A stretch of 64,000 nucleotides of DNA, taken from assembly GCA_036338595.1 (NCBI GenBank), contig JAYZBV010000073.1, forward strand, positions 1-64,000. Reading direction: 5' to 3'. The position numbers were made by a program, and so were the translations under genes. The notes below the pieces were generated by a model that saw nothing but the letters and a program-made list of their open reading frames with translations, was not told where the DNA came from and searched no databases. Shown piece by piece: positions 60,481-64,000 of the stretch (the stretch's first letter is position 1; the number at the start of each line of letters is the position of its first letter). This stretch comes from Planctomycetota bacterium. Its GTDB lineage: Bacteria; Planctomycetota; UBA8108; UBA1146.

Positions 60481-61797
60481 GTGGACCCAGGATCACAGGA
60501 TACATCTGCTCAACCTCCGTCGAGTATTGACCGGAGGACCTTCCTCAGTGCTTCAGGCGGCGCGCTGGCTGCGGCGGCGATCGGAACTACGGCACTCGAT
60601 GCATTCCCCTCGATGGTACACAACTCGTCCGATGAGACGATTCGCGTCGGTCTGGTCGGATGCGGGGGTCGAGGAACGGGTGCCGCTGTCAATGCCCTGA
60701 ATGTGGAACCGAGAGTGAAAATTGTTGCTCTGGGAGACATCTTTGCCGATCGGCTCGAGAGTTCTCACAAGAATCTTCTCGATGGCGATCACGCTGATCG
60801 TGTCGATGTTCCCGAGGAGATGCGGTTCTCTGGCTGGGACAATTTCGAGAAGGTGATCGACAATTGTGATGTCGTGATCCTGGCTACCACACCGCACTTC
60901 CGTCCAGAGCAGATCGAAAAGGCGGTGGCTGCGGGGAAGCACATTTTCGCAGAGAAGCCGATCGCAACCGATGCCCCAGGAGTGGCCAGGGTTCGTGAGG
61001 CTGCCCGCATCGCCGACCAGAAAGGGCTCACCCTCGTCAGTGGACTCTGCTATCGCTACCAGGATTCGAAGCGGGAGACGATTGATCGTATTCATGATGG
61101 ATCCATCGGTGACATCGTCACTCTGCAGTGTACATACAACACTGGTGGCCTGTGGCATCGAGGCCGCAAGGATGAGTGGAGTGAGATGGAGTACCAGATC
61201 AGAAACTGGTACTACTTCAACTGGCTCAGTGGCGATCACATCACAGAACAAAGCATTCACAGCATCGACAAGATGATGTGGGCGATGAAGGATGCGCCTC
61301 CCGCCAAGTGTACAGCGAGTGGTGGTCGGGCCTGTCGAACAGATGAGAAGTGGGGCGACATCTACGATCACTTCAACTGTGTGTTCGAGTGGGATAACGG
61401 TACAAAGTTGTTCCACTCCTGCCGTCAATGGAGTGGTGCCGACGGCGATGTCAGTGACTATGTATTCGGTACCAGGGGGACGGCCGCAATCCAGCGCCAC
61501 CGAGTCGATGGTGAGGTCAACTGGCGATTCGATGGATCTCCCAATGACATGTACGATGCCGAATGGGTTGAACTGTTTCGTTCGGTCAAGGGTGAACGGG
61601 ATCGGATCAACAACGGCGAGTACATGTGTAACAGCACGCTCGCCTCGATTCTGGGCCGCACGGCGGCGTACACAGGAAAGACCATCACCTGGGATGAGAT
61701 GGTCAAAAGCGAACTGGACCTGAGTCCGCCCGCATACGAGTTCGGGCCGGCACCTGTGGTGGAAATCGCTCGTCCGGGCACCACCAAGTTCAGTTAG
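60481..61797 (+). CDS. Gfo/Idh/MocA oxidoreductase with Tat signal
   Basis: DRRTFL twin-arginine motif, VGCGGRGTGA, EKP and SGDHITEQSIH. Confidence 0.9.
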   Translation: MDPGSQDTSAQPPSSIDRRTFLSASGGALAAAAIGTTALDAFPSMVHNSSDETIRVGLVGCGGRGTGAAVNALNVEPRVKIVALGDIFADRLESSHKNLLDGDHADRVDVPEEMRFSGWDNFEKVIDNCDVVILATTPHFRPEQIEKAVAAGKHIFAEKPIATDAPGVARVREAARIADQKGLTLVSGLCYRYQDSKRETIDRIHDGSIGDIVTLQCTYNTGGLWHRGRKDEWSEMEYQIRNWYYFNWLSGDHITEQSIHSIDKMMWAMKDAPPAKCTASGGRACRTDEKWGDIYDHFNCVFEWDNGTKLFHSCRQWSGADGDVSDYVFGTRGTAAIQRHRVDGEVNWRFDGSPNDMYDAEWVELFRSVKGERDRINNGEYMCNSTLASILGRTAAYTGKTITWDEMVKSELDLSPPAYEFGPAPVVEIARPGTTKFS

Positions 61798-61849
61798 CGA
61801 TTCAACAGGCATCAGGCGGTGCCCCAGCTGGGGTACCGGCGATCCGCGG

Positions 61850-61883
61850 GGCCCTCGTGACAGCAGTTACGAGGGCCTTTTTT
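61850..61883 (+). terminator. Intrinsic terminator
   Basis: GGCCCTCGTGAC-AGCA-GTTACGAGGGCC followed by TTTTTT. Confidence 0.8.
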
Positions 61884-61939
61884 CATCGATCGATCCTGCG
61901 TTATCCTGATCTGCGGAGCGACCCGAAAGGAGACTCTCG

Positions 61940-62641
61940 ATGCGAGTGATGCTGTGCTCGATTCTGATACTGGTCGGTACCATGACGCCTGCGATGACAT
62001 GCCAGCAGCCTCCCGGCAATCAGCATGAAGAGACAAGACTGCCAAGGGTGTTGATCATCGGGGATTCCATCTCCATCGGCTACACACCGTTCGTGAAGGA
62101 GGAACTCAAGGGCCGCGTGACTGTGAGCCATAATCCTGGAAATGCCCAGCACACCGGCACCGGGTTGAAAAAAATAGATGAGTGGCTCGGGAATGAAAGC
62201 TGGGATGTGATCCACTTCAACTGGGGGCTGTGGGATCTGTGCTACCGCGATCCTCCAGGATCACTCAAGCGCGGGAAAAAGAATGGTCGAGTCTCGATCG
62301 AGTTGGATCAGTACCAGAAGAACCTTGAAAAATTGATCATCCGGCTCAAGAAGACCGGTGCCAAATTGATCTGGGCCAGCACCACCTTCGTCCCGGAAGG
62401 TGAAACAGGTCGAAAGATGGGCGATGATCTACGCTACAACGAGGTCGCCAGGAAGTTGATGAAGAAACATCGGATCGTCATCAACGATCTTCATGCAGCC
62501 AGTGCTGGTTTCCCCGGGGAGTTGTTCAGGGCTCCGGGAGATGTCCACTTCAAACCGGAAGGCCGGAAAAAACTGGCAGCGCTCGTCAATGCCAAGATCG
62601 TCGAAGCCCTGTCGTTAGCAGAGCAGCGCAGCGTCCACTAG
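61940..62641 (+). CDS. SGNH/GDSL hydrolase, exported
   Basis: IGDSIS, HFNWGLWD and DVHF catalytic blocks. Confidence 0.88.
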   Translation: MRVMLCSILILVGTMTPAMTCQQPPGNQHEETRLPRVLIIGDSISIGYTPFVKEELKGRVTVSHNPGNAQHTGTGLKKIDEWLGNESWDVIHFNWGLWDLCYRDPPGSLKRGKKNGRVSIELDQYQKNLEKLIIRLKKTGAKLIWASTTFVPEGETGRKMGDDLRYNEVARKLMKKHRIVINDLHAASAGFPGELFRAPGDVHFKPEGRKKLAALVNAKIVEALSLAEQRSVH

Positions 62642-63426
62642 GATGAGGCGCTGGAGTAGTGTCGAAGCGCAAAATTCCAGAAGGAGCGCATGCCCAGGAA
62701 TGCGACGGCAGTGACACCCAGAATCTGGCCTATGATGAGCGGGTCGGGCCCATCGAACAGGACATGAGCGGGAAGTGCGATCACCAGCAAGGCTGGAAAG
62801 ATCGTCATGAGGAATCGTCTTGTCCAGTCAGAATAGATCCTATCTGGTCGCTCCATCAGTTTCGTGGCCGAAAAGAAAGCGTTTACCAGGCCACGGTTGG
62901 TGTGAATCCAGAACACCGGGATCTGGAAATACATCTGCATGATGTAGTGAAGAAGACTGCCGTTGAGGAGCAGGAACAGGAACCATATCAGGTTGTCGAG
63001 TCCCAGTTCACCGGGATACCTCATCAACGACCATGCAAGGATGCCACCTGCGATGATCAGGTTCAGAAATGAATTTGCAGCGAAATCTCTCAGGCTCAGG
63101 AAAAACAAAGATGAGACCGGGCGAACGATGTAGTAATCGAGATCGCCCTTGTTCACATAGATCGGCATCCACCACATGTTGTTACTGAAGACGGTCATGT
63201 GGATGGCATCGATCACCAGATATCCGGAGACAAAGATCAGGATCTGGTCATAGTTCCAGCCCCCCAGCAGATCCGTGTGCTGGTAGAGGATGGTGAAGAA
63301 GGCAAGTTCGACGGCATAGAAGACACAGTCCATGACGATTCGGAACCAGAAGTCCATCCGGTACTCCAGAGATCTGCTGAAGGAGAACTTCAGGAACTGG
63401 AGATAGAGCTTCAGGTATCGGGCCAT
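62638..63426 (-). CDS. ABC-2 family permease (DUF990-type)
   Basis: EYRMDF, GGWNYDQ and GDLDYYIVRP; multiple TMs. ATG overlaps the upstream stop. Confidence 0.85.
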   Translation of the reverse strand: MARYLKLYLQFLKFSFSRSLEYRMDFWFRIVMDCVFYAVELAFFTILYQHTDLLGGWNYDQILIFVSGYLVIDAIHMTVFSNNMWWMPIYVNKGDLDYYIVRPVSSLFFLSLRDFAANSFLNLIIAGGILAWSLMRYPGELGLDNLIWFLFLLLNGSLLHYIMQMYFQIPVFWIHTNRGLVNAFFSATKLMERPDRIYSDWTRRFLMTIFPALLVIALPAHVLFDGPDPLIIGQILGVTAVAFLGMRSFWNFALRHYSSASS

Positions 63427-64000
63427 CAGATGCCTACTCCGGTGTACCGCAAGCCACCACGCTTCCAGAAGGGAACGGCCAAAAATCCCATGACGATGCA
63501 CCAGATGAGGCAACTACCGATTCCGGTTGCCCACTCGGCCACTCCCACCTTCCCGAGTAGTACCAGCGTCGGGAACTGGTACAGGTAAACAAAGGGGAGC
63601 CACGAGAGAAGCTGCTGCATCGGTTCGGGAAACAGTGACAGTGGCAGCAATGCCCCGCCCAGCAGCATGCTGACAAAGCGAAGCAGCACCGAAAGACTCC
63701 AGACATTGTCAGCCCAGAAGGCGACGAATTGCGGAGGAAGGCTCATCAAGAAGAAGAGCAGGTGAGCGACCATGATCGATGGCACTGCCATCGCCACCGA
63801 TGCCGGAGAAACGATCGCAGTGGTAGAGAGACCCAGTGCTGGAATGGCCACCATCGCCATCAGCAATGATTGAACCAGGTCCGGAGCCACATTCCCCAGC
63901 TGCTGGGCGTATTTGGTGAGGACGTAGTTGCGAGGGTAGACCAGGAACCGGCTCAGTGTTCCATCGTAGATCTCTGTTGCGATGGTCATCTGTAGATCAC
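63426..64000 (-). CDS. ABC-2 family permease, 5' partial
   Basis: IYDGTLSRFLVYP, GGALLPLSLFP, LPF and a GLRYTGVG end; runs off the window edge. Confidence 0.85.
   Translation of the reverse strand, partial: DLQMTIATEIYDGTLSRFLVYPRNYVLTKYAQQLGNVAPDLVQSLLMAMVAIPALGLSTTAIVSPASVAMAVPSIMVAHLLFFLMSLPPQFVAFWADNVWSLSVLLRFVSMLLGGALLPLSLFPEPMQQLLSWLPFVYLYQFPTLVLLGKVGVAEWATGIGSCLIWCIVMGFLAVPFWKRGGLRYTGVGI

Noticed and set aside
1..64000. Visually frequent GATC / ATCGAT / CGATCG palindromes (HIP1-like enrichment)
   Set aside because: I cannot quantify this by eye, and it is plausibly due to ATC-GAN codon pairs; it needs a codon-aware Markov enrichment test.

Overview
A gene-dense, moderately GC-rich bacterial chromosomal segment; the gene repertoire suggests Planctomycetota (inference). 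It is mostly housekeeping genes: ftsY-nusB-ribH, guaA-guaB, recO, folP-cdaA-cdaR-glmM, sucCD-mdh, dnaK, prkA-yeaH-spoVR and icmF. I recognised no rRNA, tRNA, CRISPR array or mobile element. A ~25 kb co-directional + strand run (9206-33963) opens with a 10-gene MoxR/DUF58/BatA/VWA/beta-propeller/paired alpha-alpha-toroid envelope system. The strongest novel signal is in that system. A signal-peptide gene starting at 24311 is interrupted by an in-frame TGA (24689-24691), stays open for 127 more codons to 25075, and has a perfect 8-bp hairpin with a G-U-C loop 17 nt after the UGA. This is a candidate new exported selenoprotein or programmed read-through product. Other notable points: a guaB with eukaryote-type IMPDH motifs, an unannotated 37-aa membrane peptide between guaA and ribH, a 30-copy 12-bp coding repeat, a sigma-54-type promoter in front of a lone dnaK, and a heptaheme cytochrome c / FGE-domain / ApbE / Tat-dehydrogenase redox module. 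All family calls come from recognised motifs, not database searches.
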